A DNA stretch of 64,000 bases from Gekko japonicus (Eukaryota): NCBI RefSeq assembly GCF_001447785.1, contig NW_015163638.1:345687-409686 (forward strand). Direction: 5' to 3'. The number at the start of each line of letters is the position of its first letter. Position 1 is the stretch's first letter. The notes below the pieces were generated by a model. It worked only from the letters and a program-made list of their open reading frames with translations, searched no databases and was not told where the DNA came from. Made by a program: the position numbers and the translations under genes. Shown piece by piece: positions 1-13,152 of the stretch.

Positions 1-97
1 ATGATAAATCATTTGAAGCTAGTTTTAATAGTGCAGTCCTACACAAAATTACTCCTGTCTTTGTCCACTGATTTCAGCAGGCTTAGCCTGGAATAAC

Positions 98-1555
98 ATT
101 TATTTATTTATTGAATTTCTACCCCACCCTCCCAGTCAGAGCCGACTCAGGGTGGCTTACACAAAAACAGATAAATTACACTAAAACATAAGTTAGAATT
201 AAAACAATTCTAAAACCACAATAAAGTGCTAGTAGTCATTGTTATTCATACGATGGTAAAGGTAAAGGTAAAGGTTCCCTTGCTCGAAAGCCAGTCGAAT
301 CCGACTCTAGGGTTGCGGTGCTCATCTCCGTTTCAAAGCCGAAGAGCCAGCGCTGTCCGAAGACGTTTCCGTGGTCATGTGGCCGGCATGACTAAACACC
401 AAGGCGCACGGAACGCTGTTACCTTCCCACCGAAGTGGTCCCTATTTATCTACTTGCAATTTCTTGCTTTCGAACTGCTAGGTTGGCAGGAGCTGGAACT
501 AGAGACGGGAGCTCACCCTGTCTTGCGGCACCCGGGTCTTGAACCGCTGAACTACTGACCTTCCACAGCCTGCAGTTCAGCGTCTTAACCACTTGAGCCA
601 CCGCAGCTCCTTTCATACGATGGTAGCAGCCATTATTCAGTATTCTCAGCTCGCAGTCAGCTCACAGTGTTCATTTTGATTGTCCTTGCAGTGCTTGATG
701 TTTTTTAGGCTGTTGGTGGCAATTTCCGGAATCTAGGGCCCTCTCCCATTCAACCATCTGTGGTTTATCACTGGTGGTGGCAGCAGCTCCAAAAAGCCTG
801 GTGGAAGAGCTCTGTTTTACAGGCCCTGCAGAATTGTAAGAGATCCCACAGAGCCCTGATCTTTGGGAACTCATTCCACCAGGATGGGGCCGCCACCAAG
901 AAAGCCCTGGTCCTGGTCATCGACAACCTAGCCTCCTTAAGACCCAGGAGGGCCGCCGGTTCTGAGCCCCTGATCGCAGTGATCTCTGGGGGACATGTGG
1001 GGAAAGGCAGTCCCTCAGGTATGTAGGTCCCTGGCCATAAAGGGCTTTAAAGGTAATAACCAGCATCTTGAAACGAATCCGGTATGCTATCGGCAGCCAG
1101 TGCAACGCCTTTAGCACAGGCTGTATGTGCTCCTGTCTAGAGAGCCCCATCAAATGCCTAGCCATGGCATTCTGCACCAGCTGCAGCTTCCGGATTTGAG
1201 ACAAGGACAGCCCCATGTAGAGAGCATTACAATAGTCCAATCTCGAGGTGACCATCACATGGATCGCTGTCGCCAGGTCATTGTGTTCGAGGAAGGGAAC
1301 CAACTGCATGATCAGACGAAGATGGTGAAAGGCCAATTTGGCAGTGGCTGCTACCTGAGCCTCCATAGTTAAGGAGGCATCCAGGAGCACTTCCAAACTC
1401 TTAACCTCTGGCGCTGGCACCAATGGTGCCCCATTGAAGGTTGGGAGTGGGATCCCTAACCCCGGCCCGCTCCGACTTAGGAAGAGGATCTCCGTCTTCG
1501 TTGGATTCAGTTTCAGTCAGCTCAGCCTAAGCCAACCAGCCACAGCTTGTAGCAC
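98..1555 (-). mobile_element. L2 LINE 3' fragment, interrupted by a Sauria SINE
   Basis: ORF 917-1423 SRLDYCNALYMGL..LQLVQNA..HIQPVLKALHWLPIAYRIRFK is a typical L2 ORF2 C-terminus; (AAAT)n tail near 98-112. Confidence 0.85.
259..611 (-). mobile_element. Sauria SINE, full length
   Basis: (ACCTTT)n tail; 14-bp TSD ttcatacgatggta at 245-258 and 612-625; near-identical to other copies in the window. Confidence 0.9.
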
Positions 1556-1851
1556 CCAGAAGCACAAGGGACTAGAAAGGTCACAGGGACAGGATGTACT
1601 GACACTGCCATAACCTGGAAGGCTGCTGAAGTGCTCAGAGCCAGCCAAAGCCAATCATGCCTTAGTTAACTTGGGCAAAAGTCAGTGCAAGAACTGGTAA
1701 ATCTGACATTTTATACTCTGATTTGTGCACACTGATGCCATGCTGGGAATCACTGTTACATACTGTTGTTATCACTGTTACACACTGTTGTTATCAGTTT
1801 CTTATTCAGAGATAAAACTGTAGTTGTTAGGAACACTTTAAAACAAAATAC

Positions 1852-1955
1852 CATTTTGATAGCAGAAGAGATTTTCCAGAGCCTGGTCCTCCAGATACAA
1901 GAAGGGGTGGAATGGGTGCCGGTGCTGCCACTAAGTCATTTAGACGCTCATAATA
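1852..1955 (-). CDS. NPHP3: NPHP3 coding exon 10 (104 nt, P-loop/Walker A); gene continues beyond the left edge
   Basis: [34 protein letters not shown](W); phase 0-2. Confidence 0.97.
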
Positions 1956-2438
1956 CTGCGGACAAGAAAAACCCACAAAACAACGTAAGAAGTCTGGAAT
2001 AAAATCAAGAAATATAATGTGACCTGTGACTCCAGTGCCTCAGCCCTGAATTAACAGGGATCTGAACAGGGGCTGGAGATAGCTCTCAGCTCTCCAATTT
2101 AACAAGAAGATTTTTTTTTTGTATTTCAACAAGTATGGCTCATTATTTCAACAGCAGAAGATTCAAAAGGCATGGGCCGTGTTATTACAGCAAAGCCTCC
2201 TGCCTGAAGAGAAACAAGGAACACAACTGCATCTCTTGAATATAGGCACTTCTGGCAATTTTCCCAGAACCAAGTGTGTTGTCTGCCTAATGCACATGGC
2301 CTCCTTCAGATTAAGGAGCGAAAGCCCCCCGAGGATGTTCTCAAATCCCGCTCCTTCTGCAGAACGGCAGCTTGGCTGTCTGTGAAGAGGAAACAGACGC
2401 AAACCCACATTTGCCTCGAGCGCCGGGTACCAGCTTAC

Positions 2439-2563
2439 CTTCTCAAATCCCAGCTCACAAGTCGAATTGGAAGCCTGCTGGAAAGCCTCCATCTGTTCTT
2501 GCTCATCGTGCGCATCCCACAGCACATCGCCAAAGATTTCCTCTTCAGGAACAGAGGAGCTGT

Positions 2564-2567
<4 letters not shown>
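2439..2567 (-). CDS. NPHP3: NPHP3 coding exon 9, 3' part only (5' end replaced by an ATT repeat)
   Basis: [43 protein letters not shown] then AAG|GTAAGC donor; no convincing phase-0 acceptor visible. Confidence 0.9.

Positions 2568-2619
<52 letters not shown>
2568..2619. repeat. (AAT)17 microsatellite
   Basis: Seen directly. Confidence 0.99.
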
Positions 2620-3535
2620 GAAGATGGAAACCAGGATGGAGACACAGGAAAAGCTGTGTAGTATGGGTGAAAGGCAGGAGGAGAAAGTGGGTGAAATTGC
2701 CCCTCCTGCCTGTTCTGGCAGCACCCCTTTTGTTGATCCAAGAGCTCAATTGATGGAAGAAGCAGAGGCAGCGGTTTTGCTGGTTTTCCTCAGTGCAGCT
2801 TCCAGTGTTGTAGGGTTTTCACCCAAATGGGTCTCCCACCACTCATCATTGCCTTTTTGAGAGTCACAGGCTGCTGTTGAACCAACGGGAGGGTGAGAAT
2901 GAGCCACCTCTGCCACTGTCTTCCATAAGATCCAACTTGGCATTGAAAAAGATTCTTAGACCAAACCCCTTGTGAACACATATTTAAGCTCTGGTTCTAA
3001 ATAAAGCTACGGCTGCTCAGTGGCCGTTTATAGGGGAAACAGATGACTGAGACATCTGTTCAGACAATGGCTATTTCTACATGGCAACGATGCTCCATGA
3101 AGGTCTCACAGAATCCACACATCAGTTTTCTCTGCACTTTCCTTGCCTCTGCACTGCCTGCCCCCCCACACACACACAGCCACCATTTTTCTCCTGTACC
3201 CCCAGAGGGCTTTTTGGGGGTCTTCCTTTTTTAAAAGAACTGGCAATTGCCAAGTTGTTATAGTTTAGAGACTTGAAAATTCAGAAGACCTACTAGATCG
3301 TGGTAATAGTTCATTCCGACATTATTGTGCTTTGGCAATCTAACAATTACCAAGTTTTTAAAAAGCACAACAAAAATCTCAGTAGGTGAAGTGTATGTGG
3401 GGCGGCACACAGGACTGAGGCAAAGGAAATGGCACCAAAAATACACACCTTCCCATCCACATAGCATGCAAAGGCACTACTGCAAAATTTTCAAAATGAC
3501 TGTATCAAACCAGGTTTGAGAAAGACTGCACCAAA

Positions 3536-4002
3536 CTATGGGATCAATTCCTTATGGATTCTGTCACCAACAAAATTAATAACACAACTTTGAAACCTGT
3601 ACTTAGACCCATAATGGAAAAATGGGCTCCTATACTAGAATTTTTAGCCTCAGAGGAATATTTACCTGCTTCCTGGCAACACATGCAGAAATGGCTATGA
3701 TTGTTCTTGCGCTTTGCTGATCGAACACAGATTACACCTCTTATTACTTACCTTCATGAATTCACTTTATGCTTGTACTTTACTCTCTTATAGACTGTTA
3801 AACGGTAGATGTCAGTAAATTTATAGATGATTTGACTTGTTTCACATAATAGTTATGTTTGTTTGAATTGTGACTGTATTCCACTTGAATATGAAAACAT
3901 TTTATTCTGTAACAGATTGATTACTAGATTGTCGCATTGGACTCACATGCTACTTGTTGATTGTTAAAATAAATAAAAATTATAAATAAAAATAGAAAAG
4001 AA
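3536..4002 (+). mobile_element. 5'-truncated L1-clade LINE
   Basis: KLWDQFLMDS..EKWAPILEFLASEEYLPASWQHMQKWL* is homologous to the end of ORF 52192-53121; A-rich tail; 17-bp TSD agaaagactgcaccaaa at 3519-3535 and 4003-4019. Confidence 0.88.
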
Positions 4003-4281
4003 AGAAAGACTGCACCAAAGCAGAGGAAAATCCAGAAAGTGAACATTTAGAGGATGATGTCATACCAGAGCAAAACTTCAGTGTGTAAGCAACAAACAAG
4101 AAGCTGAAGGCACTTGTAGCTCACCTTCACAGAAAACACTTTTGCAAAGCACGTTTATCTCATTTTCCCTTTACATTTTTAGTTGTAAGATTAAAGCATC
4201 TTAAGCAGACACCTTAAAATAGAGTGCATTAAAAGTGGCCTTAATCATGCAAACGAAGAAATGTGCTGCATAAGAAAGTAC

Positions 4282-4356
4282 CTGCTTTATGGTCTTTTCT
4301 ACATAACTGTAGACTGCATGTGCTCCCTCCTCTGGTCCCCCCATGTGACTGATGAT
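4282..4356 (-). CDS. NPHP3: NPHP3 coding exon 8 (75 nt)
   Basis: IISHMGGPEEGAHAVYSYVEKTIKQ, similar to human [25 protein letters not shown] as recalled; CAG/GT, phase 0-0. Confidence 0.92.
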
Positions 4357-4725
4357 CTGGAAGAACAAGGGAAGGAATCTGTAATGATGAGGTCACCGTG
4401 TGGCTGCCGAGACTGAGATGCAGCAAGTGTTTTTTGGATGGCATAAGCACCATAACCTATTCAAAAAGGCTCCCTATTTTAAAACGAAAACCAGGTAAGA
4501 ACATTTATGTTCCATGGCAACAATACATTAATCTTCACAGTCCAACAAAAACCTAAAGGACCCAAAGTTCTTCTAAAACAGAGAACAGGTCTCCGACAGG
4601 AATGTGATCAATGTATTCACTATTTATAAACCTGAGACAGTCCGACTTTTGGATTTTATGGCATGGCTGACAAAGCCCCACTCAGGTAATAACTCTAATC
4701 CAGTCCAGCAGCTCTGCTACACAGA

Positions 4726-5169
4726 GGCCCCTGCCACACGGGGAAGAAAAACATGGGCAAAGTGCGGCTTTTTAAAACCGCACCAAAAGAGACACGCGGC
4801 GGCAGGATCACATAGATCCCCGGAGCCGCCGCGCACTTCCTCCCCAGCACGATCAGATGCGGGGGGGAAGCCACTGACAGGGAAGCGAGGCAGCCGAACT
4901 GCACATGTGTGAGCATGCGCAGTTCGGCCGAGAGCCGGGATTGCTACGAACGAAGAGCGTGCCGGCGATCCCACGGCCACGCTTGATGTGGCATCCCAGG
5001 TAAGTCCTCCTCTGGGGGTGGTTCTTTTTTACAGTGCGTTATTGACCTGAAGGGACGGATCGGGGACGGGTGCGAGCCAATTCCCAGATGTTGCGGTGTG
5101 CTCACACCAGTTTGCTGCGCCCCCGATCTGTCCCTCTCCCGGGCCAAAATCTCCCGTGTGACCAGGGCC
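4726..5169 (+). mobile_element. PIF/Harbinger-like MITE
   Basis: TIRs ggcccctgccacacgg / ccgtgtgaccagggcc; 3-bp TSD AGA; homologous to 44486-44927 and 48682-49122. Confidence 0.8.
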
Positions 5170-5877
5170 AGAGTGTATCTAATAGATATGTGGAGCTCTG
5201 CATGAGGACAGGCTGACTCATTCTCTTCCACGGCCTTGGGGAATTTGGCATGCATATGCAATGACCGTGATCATGACATCCACCAACAGTGAAAAGAATT
5301 TGTGCAAAGTTTCATGGATGCACAAAGACATGCCAGACTTCTGCCTCATAGCCTCTGTGTGTGTGGCCCAAAAATCAAGAGCTTTTGAATGGCACCAAAG
5401 CTACCTGAGAGCAGTTTCATGAGCTGAATCCTAAGAACTGCAGGGGGAGCTCTGTTTACAGAATATTTGTCATTCCCTCTTTTTCACTGCAACCCCTTGT
5501 GCCCCGCCCACCCCCAGTTCCCTCCTGAGAGCCTGGTGGATCCTCAGGAATGACATCAGATGCTGTAGGTGGATTTGAAGCGGAAAGGAGGAAATAATCA
5601 GAAATCTGTCTGAAAAAAGGGATTTGGATCTAACCCTATGTTTAATAAGTGGCCAATTTTTAAAAAAACACACAAAGTGATTTAAAGATTAGGAAATATA
5701 TTCTTAAAGAGCAGTAAAAACTCTGCTTGGTTAAAAGTAAATTGCCTTGGTGCGCCTCATTGTGGGATGGAGTCATGGGGACATCTCATTCTTCCCCGTC
5801 CTTAGGGCCCAGGTGTGTTACAATGGGAACTACTTTAAACCTAAACCACAACAAGCTGTTCCAGGTAACACTCTAGT

Positions 5878-7067
5878 CAGGGGTCATCTCCTGGAAAAAG
5901 AGGCGCAGGAGCTCATTAGCATAACTTATTTGCATATGCCACACCCTTTGACATCACCGGAAGTGTGTCAGAAGGCAACACCCACTACTCAGGCTCCACT
6001 GGACTGTTTTGGATTGCTAGCTATTGGGGGGGGGGGAACGTGCAGATCTGTCCTCGCAGAGGAGAGGGAGATTATACCTGAATAAAACTTGGTCTTAAAG
6101 GTGCCACTGGACTGTTTTGGACGGGGGGCCGGGGGGGGGGCGCTGCAGCNNNNNNNNNNNNNNNNNNNNNNNNNNNNNNNNNNNNNNNNNNNNNNNNNNN
6201 NNNNNNNNNNNNNNNNNNNNNNNNNNNNNNNNNNNNNNNNNNNNNNNNNNNNNNNNNNNNNNNNNNNNNNNNNNNNNNNNNNNNNNNNNNNNNNNNNNNN
6301 NNNNNNNNNNNNNNNNNNNNNNNNNNNNNNNNNNNNNNNNNNNNNNNNNNNNNNNNNNNNNNNNNNNNNNNNNNNNNNNNNNNNNNNNNNNNNNNNNNNN
6401 NNNNNNNNNNNNNNNNNNNNNNNNNNNNNNNNNNNNNNNNNNNNNNNNNNNNNNNNNNNNNNNNNNNNNNNNNNNNNNNNNNNNNNNNNNNNNNNNNNNN
6501 NNNNNNNNNNNNNNNNNNNNNNNNNNNNNNNNNNNNNNNNNNNNNNNNNNNNNNNNNNNNNNNNNNNNNNNNNNNNNNNNNNNNNNNNNNNNNNNNNNNN
6601 NNNNNNNNNNNNNNNNNNNNNNNNNNNNNNNNNNNNNNNNNNNNNNNNNNNNNNNNNNNNNNNNNNNNNNNNNNNNNNNNNNNNNNNNNNNNNNNNNNNN
6701 NNNNNNNNNNNNNNNNNNNNNNNNNNNNNNNNNNNNNNNNNNNNNNNNNNNNNNNNNNNNNNNNNNNNNNNNNNNNNNNNNNNNNNNNNNNNNNNNNNNN
6801 NNNNNNNNNNNNNNNNNNNNNNNNNCGTGCAGATCTGTCCTCGCAGAGGAGAGGGAGATTATACCTGAATAAAACTTGGTCTTAAAGGTGCCACTGGACT
6901 GTTTTGGACAGGGGGCCGGGGGGGGGCTCTGCAGCTTACCTGGCTGCTTCTTGCTCTGACTGAGGGCTGCTGGGAGCAGGGGGTGGGGTTTGTTTCATGT
7001 GCCTGCCCCCTGGGCTCTTTACTGCCGGAGCTCCGCTCCTGTGCGCTCCTGCAGGAAATGACCCCTG
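5878..7067 (-). mobile_element. hAT non-autonomous element spanning an assembly gap
   Basis: TIRs caggggtcat / atgacccctg; 8-bp TSD actctagt. Confidence 0.85.
6150..6825. other. Assembly gap (N run)
   Basis: Ns. Confidence 0.99.
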
Positions 7068-7715
7068 ACTCTAGTCATGTGGAATGCTGGTCACATGTTC
7101 AGTCAGTCAAATGGATGGCTGGATTCAGACATCATGACAGACAGAGGCTTGTCTGTAATGGGAGCTTGTGTGCTCCCCTTCCTTCCCCTTGTGAGAGGAC
7201 TCAAAAACTTCTTAGTTTGACAAGGCTTTAATCAAGTTCCAGTTCCTCATGATGTGAGAATGAAGGCATTTGGCCAAATTGAAGTCCGTTACTTCTGTAC
7301 AAAACAGTATTCAAAGCACTGTCTTAATTTCGGTTTAGAATGGGGAGGGGGTGGGGCAAACTCCACTTTTTTTCCTGCATTTGGATATCTTGGCGAATTG
7401 GGAGCTTGATTCAAGGATCCCAAACCCAGAAGTTTTCATCAATTGTGCTTCAAGCATGAGGGGCTGACAGCAGCAAGCTGTGCTTGTGCCCATCTGTTAG
7501 TCACGATGCCTGAATTAGGCACGGGTGACACAACACAACTGCAAACCATTTTTTTTTAAGTACAGCACAGTGAAACTGGTGGATTTGCGCAGCAAATTAC
7601 ATGGAGCAGCCACAGTTGACTTGGATTGGAAGCACAACAGTACAAAGGGCAGCAGGAGAAAACAGAACAGCAAGGCTAGTACAGAAAAGCGAAGTGAAAA
7701 TATTGTCATTCTTTG

Positions 7716-7869
7716 AGCTTTTAAAAAAAATGATAGAACTGTTGCAGATTTTAGAAACAGTAACAATATATTTTTGTAGTAACATTGTCATTTTTTGAGT
7801 TTTTTTAAAAAAAATAAGGATAGCACTGTTGCAGCTTTTAGAAACAGTAACAATATATTTTTGTAGTAA
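7716..7869. repeat. Imperfect tandem duplication, period about 88 bp
   Basis: ctgttgcag(a/c)ttttagaaacagtaacaatatatttttgtagtaa occurs twice. Confidence 0.85.
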
Positions 7870-8417
7870 ATCTTTCTTCATCAGAAATAAGAGAGACAGT
7901 GAGTAGTCACTGCTTCTATGACAGAAGCTAAATCTGTTCTGGGATACAACAGCTTGGATTCTCCCTGCCCACAAGGGGAGCAGAGCTCAGGGAGTGGAAC
8001 CTTCCTACCTCCTCCTCCTCCTGATGCAGCGGAGACCCCCTGAAATTCCATTCCTGGGGGTCAACATAGGAGGAATCTGCAGCAGAGGAAAAGAATCAGA
8101 AGAAACTGTCCCCTCCCCTCCAACAGAAATCTTTCTCCATATTGGAAATGTTATTTTTTCTGATAAATCTACTAGGTCTTTAAAAGCACCTGTATCCCTT
8201 CTAAAATGAGAGACAGCCTCTATGAAGTTAACTTTATCTGGGATTCCTTGAACATACAGTATTTTGTTTTTTATTTAATTTGAGCCGTTCCATTAGCTTT
8301 CCGCCTCTGACACATGAGGTTCAATTTGTATGAACACCGGACCTTACAAGTGCTGCAGTAACACCTTAATGAGAAAAGGCAAGCACGGTAAATGTACCAG
8401 CCCCAATCTCTTATTAC

Positions 8418-8565
8418 CTTTGCTTTGTTCACGCAGCCAACTTGTTCAACCAGCTGCTGCACAGAATCCGAGCCGGTCTGGCCCTCTTCCAGGCGGTGGT
8501 AAAGAAGACGGGGCTTTCCCTCTGGGTTTTTCAAGAAGGCTTCTTCGCACTCCTCCAGCAGACAG
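8418..8565 (-). CDS. NPHP3: NPHP3 coding exon 7 (148 nt)
   Basis: [49 protein letters not shown]; phase 2-0. Confidence 0.95.
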
Positions 8566-9104
8566 CTAGATTGGAAATCAGCATTCTTGTGCTATATACT
8601 ATTCTGCTGCAGTAAACAGTTCAATCAACACCAGCCCCAAGGACAAGAATTTCCCCCCCCCTGCTGACGCCCCAATCAAAAAGAGCAAGGCTTTTCACGA
8701 GACATAAGCACTATGGTGGGGGAGGGTTTAATGGCAAAGAATTGAATCAAAAAACTGTCGGGGGGGGGGAACCTATTCTAAAGATAACTGTTATACATGT
8801 TCATTTTTGGAAAAATGCAACAGTGGGACCCAAGAATGCGTAAGGGGAGACAGCTGGTTTTCACTTCCAGCTGCAGCTCCTCATGCCACTTACGCCTGAT
8901 TCACTACATGCGTGACACTGGCAGGGTAGAAGGATTTGCATGAACCCAGCACCTCACACTGCATGAACCCAGCATCTTGCTTAAACTGGGCAATCCCATC
9001 ACATCTGCAATGTTAGTACACCAATGCCGTGTCAGCCCAGGCATCCTAACACTGCATACGCAGTAGCTGAGGACATGGCTAAAGCTTGGTTTTAAGGTGA
9101 TGAT

Positions 9105-9372
9105 GAAGAAGAAGAGATTGGATTTATACCCCGCCCTTCACTTGGAGTCTCAGAGCGGCTTACAAACTCCTTTCCCTTCCCCTCCCCACAACAGACACCC
9201 TGTGAGGTGGGTGGGGCTGAGAGAACTCTGACACAAACTGCTCTTTTTCAAGGACAGCTCTTATCAGAACTACAGCTTGCCCAAGGTCATCCAGCCAGAT
9301 GCAAGTGGAGGAGTGGGGAATCAAACCCGGTTCTCCCAGATTAGAGTCCGCACATTTAACCACTGCACCAAA
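9105..9372 (-). mobile_element. tRNA-derived SINE with (TTC)n tail (Squam3-like)
   Basis: Homologous to 55186-55465 and 57570-58065; tRNA-like head on the - strand. Confidence 0.8.
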
Positions 9373-10339
9373 TGGTGCAGTGGTTAAGTGTGCTGTGGAA
9401 AGAAAGAAGTAGTTAGACAGATTCCAGATCTGGTGTTCTTTGCCCTATGGCGACAAGTGAGTTAATGTGATCCCACCATTCCCTTCAGCAGTTCTGAAAG
9501 TCCTTTAGTATGCCAACTCATTAAAGGGAAGAAGCTGCTACATAGGATGAGCAAAGAACAAAGATAACAGGTCAGTTTTTCCTCAGTTCCCACGAAGATT
9601 TTGCCCAACTAGGAGAAAATGTCAGGCTGCTCCTCTGCTCTATTCCTTCACTTGTTTGTGGCTGTGATGGACATGTGTGTGTTGCAGACTTTTATATACA
9701 GAACTATATTTATTATGCATGTATATAAGAGTCAGTGCATAAGCAGTGGGAGGGGGATAAATGTGCTGCACACTCATGCCTGTCCAAACAGGGATGCATG
9801 TCACTGAGTCTTGGAGAAGCAGGGACAAAAATTAGATGCAAGGATTCTAGGGGCTGCATCAATGCAAGTGTGCAACACGTAGGTATCCTCAATTGCATAC
9901 AGCCATGCACTGGGGATCACAGCATGGGAAAAAACCTAAACCTTTTAGAAAACATTGCTTTGCATTTATGTTCTGAGGTCAATAGCAGCCATGTTTTGAA
10001 TGAGTACTATTCATATTCTATTGAAAGCCACCTTGAATGTATTTTCTAGCTGGAAAGGCAAGGTTGTGAGTTTTGAAATAAAATAAGCAAATATCCTTCT
10101 ATCAGAACATGCACCACTGTTTTGAAAAGCCTTGTATTATTCTCTTGTGAAAAAGGGGTCTGGCATTGCCTTTCATATATAGTTTTATAGCTGTAGGCAA
10201 ATTCAAGGGGGATTTTTATCAGCATGAGTTAGGCAACCTGAGGGGCATGGGAGGCCTCAGCCAAAACAGAACACAGACGTACATTTTAGTGGCACCACTC
10301 TGATTTCCCTCGACACAGTTTCCCAAGTTGTTCACTCAC

Positions 10340-10500
10340 CTTGGCAAAGTTAAATGCAGGCACAAAATAGTTAAAGAACTCTTCTCGATTTCCCATTTCC
10401 TCACAGATTGAGAAGGACTTCCAGTTTCTACCGGAAAATAGACAGCTTGGAAGAAGTACTCCATTGTCTCACAATATTTCTGAAGTTTTGGAGAGTATTT
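10340..10500 (-). CDS. NPHP3: NPHP3 coding exon 6 (161 nt)
   Basis: [53 protein letters not shown]; phase 0-2. Confidence 0.95.
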
Positions 10501-11171
10501 CTGAAAGTTAAAGAAGAAAATGTCGCTCATTAGGGGCATCAGATTCCAGTTTCAGAACTGTTACTGTACACAAAATAGTTTACCCAAATACACTCATGGA
10601 ACTATAACAAAATGATTAATACTTTTAGATGATGATGTAAAAACAAAGGCTATCCATATTGCATTCAATTTTGAAAGGCTAAAGTGGGGGGGGGGAGTAG
10701 CAATATTGTCTCGCTCCAAATTTTCACTTGGAAAAAATGCATAGGTTGCAATAAATTCTGCTACGCAGGGAGTAGCTATACTTGCCTGGTATATAAGTGT
10801 CTGTGAATTACATAGTATATTATCAAGCGTGCTCTACCAGTTTACTCTATTAAAATAAAACCCATACTAACAGTACTCTGCTGTATTTAAAGTCAATGTT
10901 AGGATTCAGAATAAACCTAAATCTATCTAATAAACAATAGACTGAATCCATTCCTTTAACAGAAACAAAAACAAGCACTCAGACTCCCAGTGTGATCTGT
11001 TCTGTGATTCCTATGCTAAGGTGAACATTGCTGACACACGGGGAAGCCGTGTACAGACATAACAGTTAGTCATGATTTGCTTTGCCTAACCACAGCCAGT
11101 GATGTGAGTCATACAGAAAAGATTTGAACTGGAAAATTTTGGAGATGAATTCTCACAGCATATTGTGAGCT

Positions 11172-11549
11172 TAAGGTTGCCAACCATTCCCTAGTTGGGG
11201 GCTGGGGATTGCCCAATTTTGTGGGTTCCTGCCCACCGCTGGCCAGCTGGCCGGTGAAAGCAAACTCCCCTCCCACCAGCAACATCACACAATATGCCTA
11301 CGTCACCTGGAAGTGACATGGGCACGCAGGGAATGATGCTCTGGTTTGGGGGCCAAACTCTATGGTCTGAGGATGATTTTGTCCAAAAACCAGAGCATCA
11401 TCCCCAACATTCCTATGTCACTTCCGGGTGATGTAGGCACAGCACACGACATCATTTCCGGTGACATCAGCACGTGGGGGGAGATGGTTCCAGCTCCCAG
11501 AATGGTTCCAGCTCCTCACCAGCATCTCAAACAGACCTGGCAACCCTAT
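11172..11549. mobile_element. hAT-like MITE (AGGGTTGCCA-type TIR)
   Basis: Ends taaggttgcca / tggcaacccta; internal inverted motifs. Confidence 0.65.
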
Positions 11550-11865
11550 GTGAGCTTACCAAGTAAATCAATAGGGATTTAATTTAGCAGGGTTATTTAA
11601 CTTATATTTCACAAGCAAAGATTATTTAACATTCATCATGGGTTGTATCAAAGTACTGTCAATGGAATGCAACTCTCCTGCCTCCTTCCTCCTAGCACAG
11701 CCCACAGAGCTTCTCGACATGCTTCTTTTGTGGGGATGGGGACCCTCGAGGACAGTATGAGCCACAACATGGGTTATCTGCAATGGGACGGGGGAATCTG
11801 CTATGATAGATCCAGCCCTGCTATCCAAGATCCTTCTAAAATTGGAAATGCCAAGGGTCAAATCA

Positions 11866-11917
<52 letters not shown>

Positions 11918-11918
11918 G
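11866..11918. repeat. (TAC)n microsatellite
   Basis: Seen directly. Confidence 0.99.
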
Positions 11919-12132
11919 AAATCATGTATGTTTTCAGTCTTCTGGCCATCTTTCAAAGCCTTCTTCAGTATAATATTTTAAATAAATAAATGAACTAAAG
12001 TCGGACTTAGCAGGATCAGGACCTGGTTTCTAATCCACATGGAGGAGACTGCCCCCCAATCCTGCTGATGGAAACCTAGCCAGTGTGAAAACGGATATGA
12101 CCATTCATACAATGTGTACATATCGTTCTTAC

Positions 12133-12266
12133 CTGTATGAAGATGTCTACCTCTGACTGAGTCTCCTGTGTATTGATGAGATACACCCTTACTGTGTTAC
12201 TCCACAAAGAGTGGGAAAACAATGGAGTGACCTGCAACAAACTGGCAACAGCTGCATCCCAATCAT
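12133..12266 (-). CDS. NPHP3: NPHP3 coding exon 5 (134 nt)
   Basis: [44 protein letters not shown]; phase 1-0. Confidence 0.96.
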
Positions 12267-13152
12267 CTGCAAATTAAAATAAAAAAACAGAAATGAAAGA
12301 CCTACACGAAAATATTTCATTACCCTGTAAAAATGCCCTAATGCGTTGCAACAATTGACCTTGGGGGTCTTTTAATATACTTAAAAATCTAATCCACTTA
12401 TGGGGATAATAAAATGCCTGTGAAATGAGATGGACATCTATAAAATAAAACAGCAGCTCTTTCAAAATTAGCTGTAAAAATATTATTAAACTATCAGGCA
12501 CTTGTGAATCCCCTAATAACATGCATTATACAGAGACACATAAAAATGTATATTGCATGTCTTTTTAATTGCAAAAGACTAAGTAATTAAACGTCTAGTT
12601 GTAAAAGTGTCATCCTGATACCAAACATGTTTACTTGACAGTACTGCAGTCAACAGGACAGCCAAATTTAACTGTTTCTTGAAGAATGCTCAATGGTAGT
12701 CTACTGTAACGGTTCACATTTTTTTAAGAACTAACATTAGCCCAAACTGCTCTTCCAATTTAAGACATTGCTTCTTTTTTAAAAACGACCATCAAATTTT
12801 ATTCACTTAAAACAGCAAAACTTTCATAATTATTCACGCAGAATGCCAGTATAGGGAGAATTAAAGCACACTGTGCTCCCAAACTATGAATAAAAAGGGA
12901 GAGAAAAAGGGTTCACTGGTCAACCAAGGTCAATACTGTCTACCGTATTCCAACTAGCAATGGATCTCCAGGATATCAGATAGAGGTTCTTCACATCACC
13001 TGCTACCTGATCCTTTTAACTTAGGTGCTGGGGACTGAACCAGGGCCCCTCTGAATGAAAAGGAAACACTGCCACTGAGTGTATGAGCCACAGCTCCTTC
13101 CTTGAGCAGAACAGGGCAAAGGCTCTTTGAAATACAGGGCTCTTAAAGGGTA

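Noticed and set aside
2163-2753. Poly-Ile/Asn/Leu ORFs as stand-alone genes
   Set aside because: Microsatellite read-through; only the NPHP3 exon 9 portion is real coding sequence.
6089-6872. Long ORFs of 259 and 251 aa (also those at 50295-50760)
   Set aside because: Artefacts of translating N runs.
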